Part shown: one piece after another, positions 47,811 to 56,934 of the stretch | How positions within the stretch are numbered: position 1 is the stretch's first letter | Layout: every line of letters begins with the position of its first letter | Virus record (IMG/VR): IMGVR_UViG_3300037258_000514 | Coordinates: 1-64,000 of that record | Source of the DNA: a virus | DNA length: 64,000 nt | Strand: one strand, 5' to 3' | Notes under the pieces: generated by a model | Database searches by the model: none | What the model saw: the letters and a program-made list of their open reading frames with translations, nothing else | What the model was told of the DNA's origin: nothing | Program-made: the position numbers and the translations under genes

Positions 47811-48034
47811 TAGTCTTCAAATCTTACTTCACGTTCTGCCTGTATTTCAGTTGTACAATTAACTGTAGCACGTGCCTCATTTATTGACTCTACACAACCA
47901 ATAAGCATAAGATGCGTTTTTAGCATCGCTATGCGAAGTTCGTTCTCGATCTTGTTCTCTTCTAACTTATTGTGGAGGAAAATTTCTCTAACGTGCATAT
48001 TATATACCTTCCAACAGTGCAACACCCATATCAA
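47810..48034 (-). CDS. Hypothetical protein ending REVRFED
   Basis: Coupled to neighbours. Confidence 0.6.
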   Translation of the reverse strand: MIWVLHCWKVYNMHVREIFLHNKLEENKIENELRIAMLKTHLMLIGCVESINEARATVNCTTEIQAEREVRFED

Positions 48035-48995
48035 TTACATCGCTGCTAAGTTTTTCATCTGCGCCGAATGTACGGACAACTTCCGCTGGTTTCATCAGTT
48101 CGAGTTGTTCTACTTTCTTGTTAGTATTAGCCTTTACTCCATCACCGATGAGTATACTTTCAGTAGAAGCTATATGAATCCCACGATCACTTCCCCACTT
48201 AGTTATCACTTTTTGTTCTTCAGGCCACTGCGTAAGTTGCTTACCTGTTAGATGATATCTTATTCTAACTTGGTCGCCTTTCTTATAAGGCATAGTCATG
48301 AGTTCTTGTGAAGATGCAATATCTAAGATTGCTCTTTTTGTTGTATCAAGCCATATATCTATAGGCATGGCAAAGCAATCATCTTTAATAAGTATTACTC
48401 TATTAGGCCACGATTCACTAAATTTTACCGGATGCGGCGTACCGATGTAAATTACGTTTCCAACAGTTTGTGGACGATGAATGTCTCCTGAGTAAATAAT
48501 AAAGTTATTTACTGATAATGGCAGAGTACAACCGGACAGCACTCTATCATTCTCTACAAGTGACCCGGAAACACACTGATGCATGAATAACGTCTTTACT
48601 CCTTTGAAATTTAGCTTTTCCCAATCTTTCTCAGGGTTAGAAGTAAACGGTAGGAAATACACGCCATCATGTAACTCCGGTTCTTGAATGTATTTAATGC
48701 CTAGTTTGTTAAGAAATTTCCAGTAATATAATCCTGTTGTTGGTGCATCGTGGTTTCCTGATATGATCTTTATATCTGCTTTTGTAAAAGATTGAAGATG
48801 ACTAAATACGTCTATCACTCCGTTAATAAGAGTTCGTGAGTGGTAATCCTTTCTGTCTACAAGATCACCTAAGCAATCAATCTCACTAACTTGATGCTTA
48901 ATAGCTAACTCTTCTAACGTCTTAAAAATATTCCATCTGTAAGCTTCCAGTGGATTGTCTGTTAGATGAGGATCTGTAAAGAGTAATCTGTTCAT
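48000..48995 (-). CDS. sbcD: SbcD/Mre11-like nuclease (gp47-like)
   Basis: TDPH, LGDLVD, SGNHD, MHQ, SGDIH, YIGTP. Confidence 0.92.
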   Translation of the reverse strand: MNRLLFTDPHLTDNPLEAYRWNIFKTLEELAIKHQVSEIDCLGDLVDRKDYHSRTLINGVIDVFSHLQSFTKADIKIISGNHDAPTTGLYYWKFLNKLGIKYIQEPELHDGVYFLPFTSNPEKDWEKLNFKGVKTLFMHQCVSGSLVENDRVLSGCTLPLSVNNFIIYSGDIHRPQTVGNVIYIGTPHPVKFSESWPNRVILIKDDCFAMPIDIWLDTTKRAILDIASSQELMTMPYKKGDQVRIRYHLTGKQLTQWPEEQKVITKWGSDRGIHIASTESILIGDGVKANTNKKVEQLELMKPAEVVRTFGADEKLSSDVIDMGVALLEGI

Positions 48996-49201
48996 CTTTT
49001 TAGCTCAGGTACAAAATCTCTATGCGTTGGTTTAAGTCGAAACGACTTTCTAGTTATTTGCATTTTATCCCATGAATAATCAAATTCAGCTCCACAACAT
49101 AAACAGGTGATGTACGAGCGATTTTCTTGTTTTATTGTAAAAACACGACTCGTATGTTCATGTTTGCATCCGAACAAAAAATTAAGTAGATTAAAAAGCA
49201 T
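48992..49201 (-). CDS. Small Cys/His protein (FGCxH...YxxCLxCGxEFxYxW family)
   Basis: Motif pattern. Confidence 0.65.
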   Translation of the reverse strand: MLFNLLNFLFGCKHEHTSRVFTIKQENRSYITCLCCGAEFDYSWDKMQITRKSFRLKPTHRDFVPELKR

Positions 49202-49376
49202 CTTCTACACACTTTGCATCCTCATACACCACTAAACAACGAGGACAGATTTTAGGTCGCTCTCTAGTCTTCATTGAAAATTCTAACCCACAATCCCAAC
49301 AGTGCCACATACGATAAGTTGTTAAAACTACTTCAAGAGTTTGTGAACCACAATTAGGCAGGATTTCGCGGATCAT
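49191..49376 (-). CDS. Zinc-ribbon protein
   Basis: CWDCG...CPRC. Confidence 0.6.
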   Translation of the reverse strand: MIREILPNCGSQTLEVVLTTYRMWHCWDCGLEFSMKTRERPKICPRCLVVYEDAKCVEDAF

Positions 49377-49930
49377 TCTCTTGTCCTTAACAACTTACCC
49401 AAGTATGCCTTAGATGGAATTTCTTTAACAAATTCTTCCAGTCTAAACATATATACCTGTCCGTTGAATATCTTGTGGAAAGATAAAGTTTCAGGAACAT
49501 TTTCAAAAACTTCATCGAAACAATATTTCATACCATTTATAGGCATGAAAAGCAAATCGGGTTTATGATTTTGTTTCGCAATAAGCCACCACATCTTACC
49601 TAATCCTTCCGCTTCACTTTGTACTTTTAGTAACGCATCGTAGAGTAAACCTTTACGAAAAAGAAAGTTGTGTATTTCTAGATCTTTCCAAAATTTACAC
49701 TCAACAACAAACTGAGAACAGAAATCAAAAGCAAGAGGATCTTGTGCCATCAGATCCCCTGCTTGCCCTGCTGAAATTAGTTGTTTGTTATAGTTTGTAA
49801 ACTGTGCGCCTGATCCGACCGTACGACAGAGTAATTTTTTATGAACGCCTTCGGAGAGCCAGAGACTGATTTTCTCACTTACATCGTTTTCATAACCTCC
49901 ACCTTTAGCTTTTCCTCCTCCACTACGCAT
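49373..49930 (-). CDS. Holliday junction resolvase (PD-(D/E)xK)
   Basis: GKAKG..YE, R..GSGA, GDL, VECK. Confidence 0.8.
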   Translation of the reverse strand: MRSGGGKAKGGGYENDVSEKISLWLSEGVHKKLLCRTVGSGAQFTNYNKQLISAGQAGDLMAQDPLAFDFCSQFVVECKFWKDLEIHNFLFRKGLLYDALLKVQSEAEGLGKMWWLIAKQNHKPDLLFMPINGMKYCFDEVFENVPETLSFHKIFNGQVYMFRLEEFVKEIPSKAYLGKLLRTRE

Positions 49931-50051
49931 GATGCACTTCCAATCCGGAAGTTATTATTAGTTTTCTTCCTTGCCACCAGTTATGTACACCGATATAAAA
50001 ACATCCATCTATAATATTAGTTGTTTTGTATATCGTAAACTGTTTCGTCAT
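49923..50051 (-). pseudogene. Internally deleted GIY-YIG (Seg-like) endonuclease remnant
   Basis: MTKQFTIYKTTNIIDGCFYIGVH joined directly to WWQGRK, 42 aa. Confidence 0.65.
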
Positions 50052-50425
50052 ATATTCTTCTCATGCCCGTGACAAAGAATATGTCCGCACGTTGTGCAAT
50101 AAAGTTCATTCTCAATGTCATCAGGTCTAAAGTCAATGTCATGTGGAGCGAAGCCGTGCCGCTCTGCTGCTCTATCTTCTAACAGCCAAAGTACGTTTTG
50201 TAAAAATCTAATAGAATGATCGTTGTTAATATGCTGATGTTGATTGTTGAGATAACGAAATCTATGTATGAGTGCACGGATGTTATCTTGAATATTTGTT
50301 CCGGAGTGGCTTCCTACGTTTCCTGGATAACCGTCTCCTTCACGCTTCATAAAATCAAGCTGTTGGGGAAGACCTCCGTCATAACTATCAAGTAAGTAAC
50401 TATGTCCAGGATCGAGTACTATCAT
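50048..50425 (-). CDS. Conserved phage hypothetical protein, helical hairpin
   Basis: DPGHSY.L, GTNIQ..IRALI.R..YLN, LE.RAAERHG. Confidence 0.6.
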   Translation of the reverse strand: MIVLDPGHSYLLDSYDGGLPQQLDFMKREGDGYPGNVGSHSGTNIQDNIRALIHRFRYLNNQHQHINNDHSIRFLQNVLWLLEDRAAERHGFAPHDIDFRPDDIENELYCTTCGHILCHGHEKNI

Positions 50426-50652
50426 TTAAGTATGTTCTTTCTTTGTTCTTCCATAAGCGCTGCGCACTCAATTGCGTCGAGCATTTTCTGATCGTTAAGT
50501 GTATTTAAACCTAGACGAATACGTTCTTGTATCCATGCTAAGATTGCTACTTGCGCGGCAGGATCTCGTGCAAGGAGAACAAACATTAATTCATCATCTC
50601 CAGCTCGATTAAAACAACTATTTGGATTAGCTACTTCTTCATTTTTTCTCAT
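50422..50652 (-). CDS. Conserved phage hypothetical protein
   Basis: SCF.RA.DDE..FVLLARDPAA. Confidence 0.6.
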   Translation of the reverse strand: MRKNEEVANPNSCFNRAGDDELMFVLLARDPAAQVAILAWIQERIRLGLNTLNDQKMLDAIECAALMEEQRKNILK

Positions 50653-51707
50653 CTGTATTTCCTTATTGATGGTGCAAGATTTTGCTCAATCTTAGTCCAA
50701 CGCGTAATAGCATCCTGTTTAATATTTGCAAGTAGTTCGTCGAGCAAAACATAATCTTGCTTTTCGCGTGCTGTCTCTATTTGATCTTTTAAAGCTTTTG
50801 CAGTTTCTTTTGGATAAGCACCACTACTTTGGAGCCACTCCACCATTGATATTTCATCATCAATTCCATATCCAAAAATAATTCTAAATGAAGCTTCGCG
50901 AAAGGGCATGGCTACACTACACTTCTTAACTCTAGCGAGTACGTCTACGCCAACCGGTCTTTCTTCGCCTAATGACTGACGAGTTATTTTACCTTCTTCT
51001 CTAAGCCAAACGATTTGACTTGCATAGAAGTTAAGTGCTCTCCCTCCTGAGCGCGTAGATTGCTCACCGAAAGATACACCAATTGCATCACGAAGCTGAC
51101 TAATAATCCCTAGTGTACAATTAGCTCTAGTAATGTCTCGAGCAAGCACACGGAATAAAGCTGACATCTTCTTAGCCTTAGCTGTACCATAACTTCCGCC
51201 TTCTTCATCCCCGCGTTTCTTAATCTCTCCGTAACGCTCTAGTTCATCTTTATCGCTTAATGAATCGAGAGAATCCAGAATGTATAACTTAGGTCTTGTA
51301 TCATCTACTTTTCTATCTTTTTCTTTCTTCTTTGGATCACCGTTGATAAACTCTGTAAAATCAAACTGAAAGTCTTCAACTGTCTCAAGTGGTTCATCTG
51401 GAAGAGCTACTTCTGGAGGGAAACCTATACTTTCAGCAAAGTCACGTTCGAAGCGCGATTCGGCTTCTCCATAACGCATATCACAATTAGGTCCGAAGGT
51501 ACGTTTGAAGTTTGCGAATGCCTCAAACGCTTGCAAAGTCTTTCCGCTGCTTCTATCGCCTACAAGATTAAAAACACGCTTGCAAGCCCAACCTCCACCG
51601 AGCGCTAAATTTAGTAAAGTACTGCCTGTTGAAAAGAATTTTGTTAAGGGAACTGGAGAGTTTTTTAACTGCTCTTTTTCATCTTTCGAAGTGGTTTCAT
51701 TAGCCAT
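50649..51707 (-). CDS. recA: RecA/UvsX recombinase
   Basis: STGS..LN.ALGGG, GDRSSGKT, ILDSL, ISQLR, SGGRAL.FYAS. Confidence 0.92.
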   Translation of the reverse strand: MANETTSKDEKEQLKNSPVPLTKFFSTGSTLLNLALGGGWACKRVFNLVGDRSSGKTLQAFEAFANFKRTFGPNCDMRYGEAESRFERDFAESIGFPPEVALPDEPLETVEDFQFDFTEFINGDPKKKEKDRKVDDTRPKLYILDSLDSLSDKDELERYGEIKKRGDEEGGSYGTAKAKKMSALFRVLARDITRANCTLGIISQLRDAIGVSFGEQSTRSGGRALNFYASQIVWLREEGKITRQSLGEERPVGVDVLARVKKCSVAMPFREASFRIIFGYGIDDEISMVEWLQSSGAYPKETAKALKDQIETAREKQDYVLLDELLANIKQDAITRWTKIEQNLAPSIRKYR

Positions 51708-51874
51708 TCGTAAGCCTCTTCACGAGAATCAAATATCGCAATACTAGTGGGTACCACTGATTTAACTTTCGCAATTGTTCTAAGATCACCCACTGTTGTT
51801 CTATAACCGATCCACACACGATCAGTTCTGCGCTTAGCCATGCACGTAATCTCCTTCTGCCCTTGCACTTCCAT
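51700..51874 (-). CDS. Small hypothetical protein (boundaries uncertain)
   Basis: Track ORF 51665..51874 fills the gap; FDSREEAYEWL motif. Confidence 0.35.
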
Positions 51875-52103
51875 GTTCAGTAATATGGAACACTGAAGTG
51901 TCCTCTATCTTGGGAGGTTCTTTACTAGGCCAGTAAGAAGAATTTTTGGGTAGTGTTCGCAAATATTCTTGCATCTCAGCAAGCTTTTGAACCATCGCTT
52001 TATCAAAACGTTTCTTATCTATATCAGCAAATGATAGGGCTGCTTTTACTCCTGCAAGAGCTAATCTTCGTCTGCGCTCTGCGTATTGTCCTTGATCAAG
52101 CAT
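51834..52103 (-). CDS. Hypothetical protein
   Basis: Coupled by TAATG. Confidence 0.55.
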   Translation of the reverse strand: MLDQGQYAERRRRLALAGVKAALSFADIDKKRFDKAMVQKLAEMQEYLRTLPKNSSYWPSKEPPKIEDTSVFHITEHGSARAEGDYVHG

Positions 52104-52765
52104 TAAAATCCTAATCTCAACTCTCTAATTTTGTAAGGATCGCTCATTGCCCACGCAACAATTTCTGGCATCCACGTATCGAGAGTGAAATAATCAGCCC
52201 ACTGTTTTAACCTGTCGAGTTTCCTTCTTGTATCAGCTACCGATATGTCGTTAAGAGGTTTCATCTTTGAAAGTGCCCCCTTTGTTCCATCAATCTTCTT
52301 CAAGGCCCACGCTCTGCCGAGCCCACGACTTGTTAGTAAGTTGTGTTGTTTGTATTGATTTACTTGTAGTGGAGGAAGGTCACACTCAAAAGCTCGTTCT
52401 TCATAGTGCATACATCTGCCTGTTACAACATCCAGATTACGACACCAATCACCTGTATGATCCTGCTGTAGATCTGAGAATAGAAGAAATTCTTTTTCGT
52501 TTACTTTTACTTTAAACTCAAGTGTAGCCTCCTTTACGCGCTTAGTTTCATCAGGTAAGTAATTAAGAGCATATCGCTTACAACATGCTCCGCACTTTTC
52601 AGGACAATCTAGTTCGCGAAAGATCATTGGACTTACTACAAGGGGTTTAGGCGTAATTGTAAAGAGACTGTAATTAATCGTCTTCCGCGTAACAGCAGCG
52701 AAAAATCGTGTAAATAATCTATCTAAGTCGGCAGGATCTGTTTTGTGCCCGATATGAATGAGCAT
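52103..52765 (-). CDS. YkgJ-like Cys-cluster (Zn/Fe-S) protein
   Basis: CPEKCGACC, C.NL....G.C..YEERAFEC..PP. Confidence 0.7.
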   Translation of the reverse strand: MLIHIGHKTDPADLDRLFTRFFAAVTRKTINYSLFTITPKPLVVSPMIFRELDCPEKCGACCKRYALNYLPDETKRVKEATLEFKVKVNEKEFLLFSDLQQDHTGDWCRNLDVVTGRCMHYEERAFECDLPPLQVNQYKQHNLLTSRGLGRAWALKKIDGTKGALSKMKPLNDISVADTRRKLDRLKQWADYFTLDTWMPEIVAWAMSDPYKIRELRLGF

Positions 52766-52767
52766 TA

Positions 52768-53052
52768 CTACACCCTATTAATTCCATCTACAACAACAAA
52801 ATCTGAATCATCTTGCCATCCGTACTTTGAAGCAAAAGCTTTTGCCGCTGTATGAAACAAACGCATTGATGTTTCAGCAAAAACAACTTTACCATCAGGT
52901 AAAGTAATAGCAAATGATATAGATGGTTTACCAGACGTCATCCCTCCCGCTAAACCGCCTATCTTTATATCATTATCTGCTATGATAACATTCTCGCGCG
53001 GTATACCTTCAAGCATACCGTCACCTGCTAAGAAGATCTTCAAAAGAGCCAT
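52768..53052 (-). CDS. Hypothetical protein
   Basis: L.GGMTSGKPS.....LPDG..V.AETS phage motif. Confidence 0.6.
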   Translation of the reverse strand: MALLKIFLAGDGMLEGIPRENVIIADNDIKIGGLAGGMTSGKPSISFAITLPDGKVVFAETSMRLFHTAAKAFASKYGWQDDSDFVVVDGINRV

Positions 53053-53496
53053 TTACTTCATTTCCTTTTGAAGTCTCACATGAGGCTGAAAGGAAATTCC
53101 TCCTCTTGGATAAAACCTGCCTATTACATTAATCCAGTGTGGCCGTAAGAAGTTAAACAAATCCGCTGCAATGCGATTTGTTACGTCTTCATGAAAAGCT
53201 CCTGAATTACGGAAAGAGAATAGATATAGTTTTAAACTCTTACTCTCTACGCATAGCGTATCTGGTGAGTATGTGATCTCAATTGTCGCAAAATCGGGTT
53301 GTCCTGTTTTTGGACAAAGACAAGTAAATTCAGGAGCTTTTATTTCAATTGTGTACTCGTGCTTCTGCTGAGGGTTTGAAAAAGATTCAAGAAGTGTTGG
53401 ATTGTAGTAAACTTCGTACTTCGTATCCCCACTTCCTAAAGACTTTAAATTTGGTGGAGGAGGAACAGGAGGATAGTCTTCTTTTGTTATGGTCAT
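53053..53496 (-). CDS. queF: PreQ0 nitrile reductase QueF (type I)
   Basis: [35 protein letters not shown]. Confidence 0.92.
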   Translation of the reverse strand: MTITKEDYPPVPPPPNLKSLGSGDTKYEVYYNPTLLESFSNPQQKHEYTIEIKAPEFTCLCPKTGQPDFATIEITYSPDTLCVESKSLKLYLFSFRNSGAFHEDVTNRIAADLFNFLRPHWINVIGRFYPRGGISFQPHVRLQKEMK

Positions 53497-53768
53497 TATT
53501 TTATCTCATACTTTACTAAGAATTCTTCGAACGAGTTAGGTATGTCGTTAATTTCTCGAGCCTTAAGAGACGGAGTGCTTTTGATCGAAGATTCGATCTC
53601 CAGCACTCTCATGTCAGGATTCATCTCTCTTTCAATACGTTCACTAAGTGTTTTTACAACGGATTCTTCTGCTTCAGCTCTTACTTCATTTTTAAGCTGA
53701 TCGACGAAACTTTGATGTTTTCGTTGAAGATGCTCAGTTGTTAAGGGATCGTATTGAAATTGTTCCAT
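53496..53768 (-). CDS. Hypothetical protein
   Basis: Coupled ORF. Confidence 0.55.
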   Translation of the reverse strand: MEQFQYDPLTTEHLQRKHQSFVDQLKNEVRAEAEESVVKTLSERIEREMNPDMRVLEIESSIKSTPSLKAREINDIPNSFEEFLVKYEIK

Positions 53769-53771
53769 TGG

Positions 53772-54014
53772 TTACCTATCTCCTCTAACACTAGGCATTG
53801 GACCGTTTGTGTTTGGTTTCTTTGGTTGCACGGCACCTGCTTCAACAATTGATAATTCTTCAATATCAAAAGTCGATGTTTTAACTGGTTCACCATCTTT
53901 AATTTCTTGTGGCTGAATAGTTAAGCGAATACAACCGTTTATCCATGTTGTATAAGCTACAACTATTCCGGTAAGACCAGTTACACGATCTTTAACTTTA
54001 TCACCTAAATTCAT
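53772..54014 (-). CDS. Small SH3/KOW-like phage protein
   Basis: LGDKVKD.VTG..G.VV......GC....IQP. Confidence 0.65.
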   Translation of the reverse strand: MNLGDKVKDRVTGLTGIVVAYTTWINGCIRLTIQPQEIKDGEPVKTSTFDIEELSIVEAGAVQPKKPNTNGPMPSVRGDR

Positions 54015-54250
54015 TATGCAGCCGCCTGTATAACTTTCTTACCACGTGTTACGCGAATTGTTTTTGCAACGTTTCCGTCAGCTGTCAGGAAGTAGAAGAA
54101 TCCTTTTTCGGGAACAAATGCTCCTGAAGCTACAACTGTGCGATCCTTTGTTTTTCTATCTTGTGCTACAACATCACTACCAGAAATAAAGTAGCGAAAA
54201 CCTTCTTGACGCTTAATGTTAGTTTTAGCAACTACTGTTGACTCTGCCAT
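54014..54250 (-). CDS. Small basic protein resembling Cc1-type chromatin proteins
   Basis: Two repeats VVA...(KR..|..EK)GF.YF...; SD AAGGAG. Confidence 0.55.
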   Translation of the reverse strand: MAESTVVAKTNIKRQEGFRYFISGSDVVAQDRKTKDRTVVASGAFVPEKGFFYFLTADGNVAKTIRVTRGKKVIQAAA

Positions 54251-54300
54251 TGTGTTATTTCTCCTTTAATTTTATAGTAAAAACGTAGTGCTACCGCCTT

Positions 54301-55089
54301 TTATCTTACATTCATAATCTTGTGCATCTGAACCGAAATTCTCCAGTTTGGAAATTTCTTCTGCCAGTCTAAACATAATTTGAGATTCGTCATATTAACT
54401 TTATTTTCAAAGTTAATTGGTTGCAGCCATACTAGCTGATGTTTTAAAATCTCTTCAGGTAGTTGATAAGGATCAAATTTTTCATCTACAAGTAATTTTA
54501 TTTCATTTGCAATCTTTAACATTTCAGGCAAAGCCTTAAATTTTGGTGAACATGTAATCCATATATATGCGTGAGAATCGAAACTAGTAAAGGTTTTATT
54601 TAATGGAATTGTTCCTGAAGTCTCAAGTCGGATTTCTTTTCCTGCATTATGAAGTATATCAACAAGTGATGTTAATGGATGCATCATAGGTTCGCCTCCT
54701 GAAATGCAAACGTACTTAACTTCTTGCGGAAGTAATGCAATTATTTCGTAAGCAAATAAGCGTTCTTTTACTCTATAGTCTGTATCACACTCCATTGTTC
54801 GCCCGTCAAGTATTGTACACTTTTCTGTGTAAATAGGTAGAAGCGCGCTCTTTTCTTGAAAATATTTCGCTACAGCACAATTCGGCTTATGTCCAATATC
54901 CGGATCACAGTCGCTTGTACATTTATCAGGTTGAACAGGATTTTCATAACGCTCTTTTGAATAAGGCTTACCAACAGTACAACCGGCTAACCTAATGAAT
55001 GTCTGTAATTGACCACTATACGTTCCTTCACCTTGAGGTGATGTAAAAATTTCTGCTATTGGATATTTATATTCTTTAGATTTAAACAT
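54301..55089 (-). CDS. queE: 7-carboxy-7-deazaguanine synthase QueE (radical SAM)
   Basis: EIF.S.QGEG..G....FIRLAGC, CDTD, SGGEP, ETSG, SPK, R.S.Q.HK. Confidence 0.9.
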   Translation of the reverse strand: MFKSKEYKYPIAEIFTSPQGEGTYSGQLQTFIRLAGCTVGKPYSKERYENPVQPDKCTSDCDPDIGHKPNCAVAKYFQEKSALLPIYTEKCTILDGRTMECDTDYRVKERLFAYEIIALLPQEVKYVCISGGEPMMHPLTSLVDILHNAGKEIRLETSGTIPLNKTFTSFDSHAYIWITCSPKFKALPEMLKIANEIKLLVDEKFDPYQLPEEILKHQLVWLQPINFENKVNMTNLKLCLDWQKKFPNWRISVQMHKIMNVR

Positions 55090-55144
55090 GTTTTACCTGT
55101 TTGTTTTCCTTTCCATTAGTAATCCATGTAGAGCCGACTAACAT

Positions 55145-56224
55145 TTATTTTGGTGGTCCTGTTTGAAATCTTGCTTTCAATCGTGAGATACCGTCTCCTG
55201 CTGCTTGAGGTTCAGCTGTGACTGTTGCAACCACAGGTTGGGTTTGTTGTGCAACCACAGGTTGCGCAGTTACTGCCGGAGCAGAACCATTTGTCAGATC
55301 GCGGCTAAAGTCGCAATCACCCTGGTGATTACCAACAAAGGCGCATCCCCATACTCTCCCGCCTGCCTTCATTGACTTGTTACAAAATTCAGGAGGAGTT
55401 AAGACAAGAGGTACAGTAGGCGGAACTGGTTGCTGTACTTGGACTTGCTGAGCTTGCGGCTGTTGTATTTCAGTTCGTGGAGGGCGATCAGACTGTACAG
55501 CTTGCGGCGGCACTTGTTGCGTTTGTTCTGGTTCGGCATTCTTTTCCTTCTCCGGAACATTACCCTCAAACAAGTGCTTCATCTCATCGTAATCTCTATA
55601 CAAGAGAACAGTTGGAAGAGGATTGTTGACAATAATATCCAAGTAGTGATCTTCAATTACTGACTGCCTACGAGCAAGCTGTGGTGCAGAATATTTTGTT
55701 GTCTCACCCTCACCTGTCTTATCAAAGTAAACATCATAGCCAAGTGTTGGATGGTCTATATGATAAATCTCACCTGATTCGCGATCCTTGCAGATCTTTG
55801 AGATATCTCTATCCAACGTCCACGGCATTGACCAGACCATTGGATTTTCGTTCTTGTCTTCTTCTTTCCTATCAATTACCCATACAAGAACGCGTCGCTT
55901 GGGTTTGAACTCTGATGCATCATCACGTCCCTGTGCTTCTGCCTGTAGTTGAAATTCGCATATAGGACAAGCCATGCGCATCATCTTGTTTAAGCAGAGA
56001 ACAGTTCCACCCTCAGGACTCGCATCGTAATGCACCCAAACATCATAACCATGATGCGTTGCGCCATCCCATGTTGGGGGAGCAATACGAATTGAGTTTT
56101 CATCCTTACGTGCTCCGTAAGTGTTAAACTGATCCTTGATAATACCTATGTAAGTGTTACCTGATTGATTCGCTCGTTTTGCCCAATTGGCCTCTTCACG
56201 TGGTTTGTAAACGAAATTTGCCAT
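55145..56224 (-). CDS. Single-stranded DNA-binding protein (gp32-like)
   Basis: N.IRI.PP, H...LC...CPICE, D...GYD....K.G.G..TKY, low-complexity tail. Confidence 0.75.
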   Translation of the reverse strand: MANFVYKPREEANWAKRANQSGNTYIGIIKDQFNTYGARKDENSIRIAPPTWDGATHHGYDVWVHYDASPEGGTVLCLNKMMRMACPICEFQLQAEAQGRDDASEFKPKRRVLVWVIDRKEEDKNENPMVWSMPWTLDRDISKICKDRESGEIYHIDHPTLGYDVYFDKTGEGETTKYSAPQLARRQSVIEDHYLDIIVNNPLPTVLLYRDYDEMKHLFEGNVPEKEKNAEPEQTQQVPPQAVQSDRPPRTEIQQPQAQQVQVQQPVPPTVPLVLTPPEFCNKSMKAGGRVWGCAFVGNHQGDCDFSRDLTNGSAPAVTAQPVVAQQTQPVVATVTAEPQAAGDGISRLKARFQTGPPK

Positions 56225-56232
56225 CGCTGCGT

Positions 56233-56364
56233 TTATTCCTTTCCTCTAAATTTTCTTTGCCAAACTTGAAAGTCTTGGAGTGAACGTAAGATTGCGGATG
56301 ACCATAATCGCAGCGCTATGTACACTGTAAATATACCAAGAACTATCTCTAAAGCAATTTTCAT
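56233..56364 (-). CDS. 43-aa membrane peptide not in ORF track (MKIALEIVLGIFTVYIALRLW...)
   Basis: Fills gap; single TM helix and basic tail. Confidence 0.5.
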   Translation of the reverse strand: MKIALEIVLGIFTVYIALRLWSSAILRSLQDFQVWQRKFRGKE

Positions 56365-56375
56365 TCATTTACCTT

Positions 56376-56873
56376 TTATTCTTTAATATCTGCAAGGCCT
56401 CTAATTTCACGCCGTCGCTTTGTTCTCACGTAATCTGTAGTCAAAAAACCATTACTTAATAAATCGGCTGCCACTCTAATTTGTGATGATTTAGTTCTCA
56501 TTGCTTCCTGCATTGACGACCACAATGCTGCATCGAGTCTTGCTTGACTAAGTTTGTTTTGACTTGTTTTATACAAGTCGTATAAAGGCAGTTGAGAATC
56601 AATTGTTGACTCAGAACGCGCTTTTCCGTTATCACCTGGCACTATTCTTAACTGCTGCGCAATATTAGCTTTTGTTCGATCAAACTCTTCTTTCGCTGAA
56701 TCACGCAGCTCATTTGCAATTGCTACACACTCACCTGCATCCTGAACAAGTACCGGAATCTCTATAAGTTCTTCGTCAATGTCGAGCAATTCCAAGCGAC
56801 GTTTAGAACGAAACCACAAATATTTTTCAGTTCTAAATGACGGTACTAAATCAGAATCTTTATTATCTTCCAT
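56376..56873 (-). CDS. Helical protein, UvsY-like recombination mediator candidate
   Basis: L.L..IDEEL...P, coiled coil, next to SSB. Confidence 0.45.
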   Translation of the reverse strand: MEDNKDSDLVPSFRTEKYLWFRSKRRLELLDIDEELIEIPVLVQDAGECVAIANELRDSAKEEFDRTKANIAQQLRIVPGDNGKARSESTIDSQLPLYDLYKTSQNKLSQARLDAALWSSMQEAMRTKSSQIRVAADLLSNGFLTTDYVRTKRRREIRGLADIKE

Positions 56874-56934
56874 TGTAATTATACCAATTACTTATGATTG
56901 TTTAAGCAGCGTCTCATATGATTTAACGCAATAC

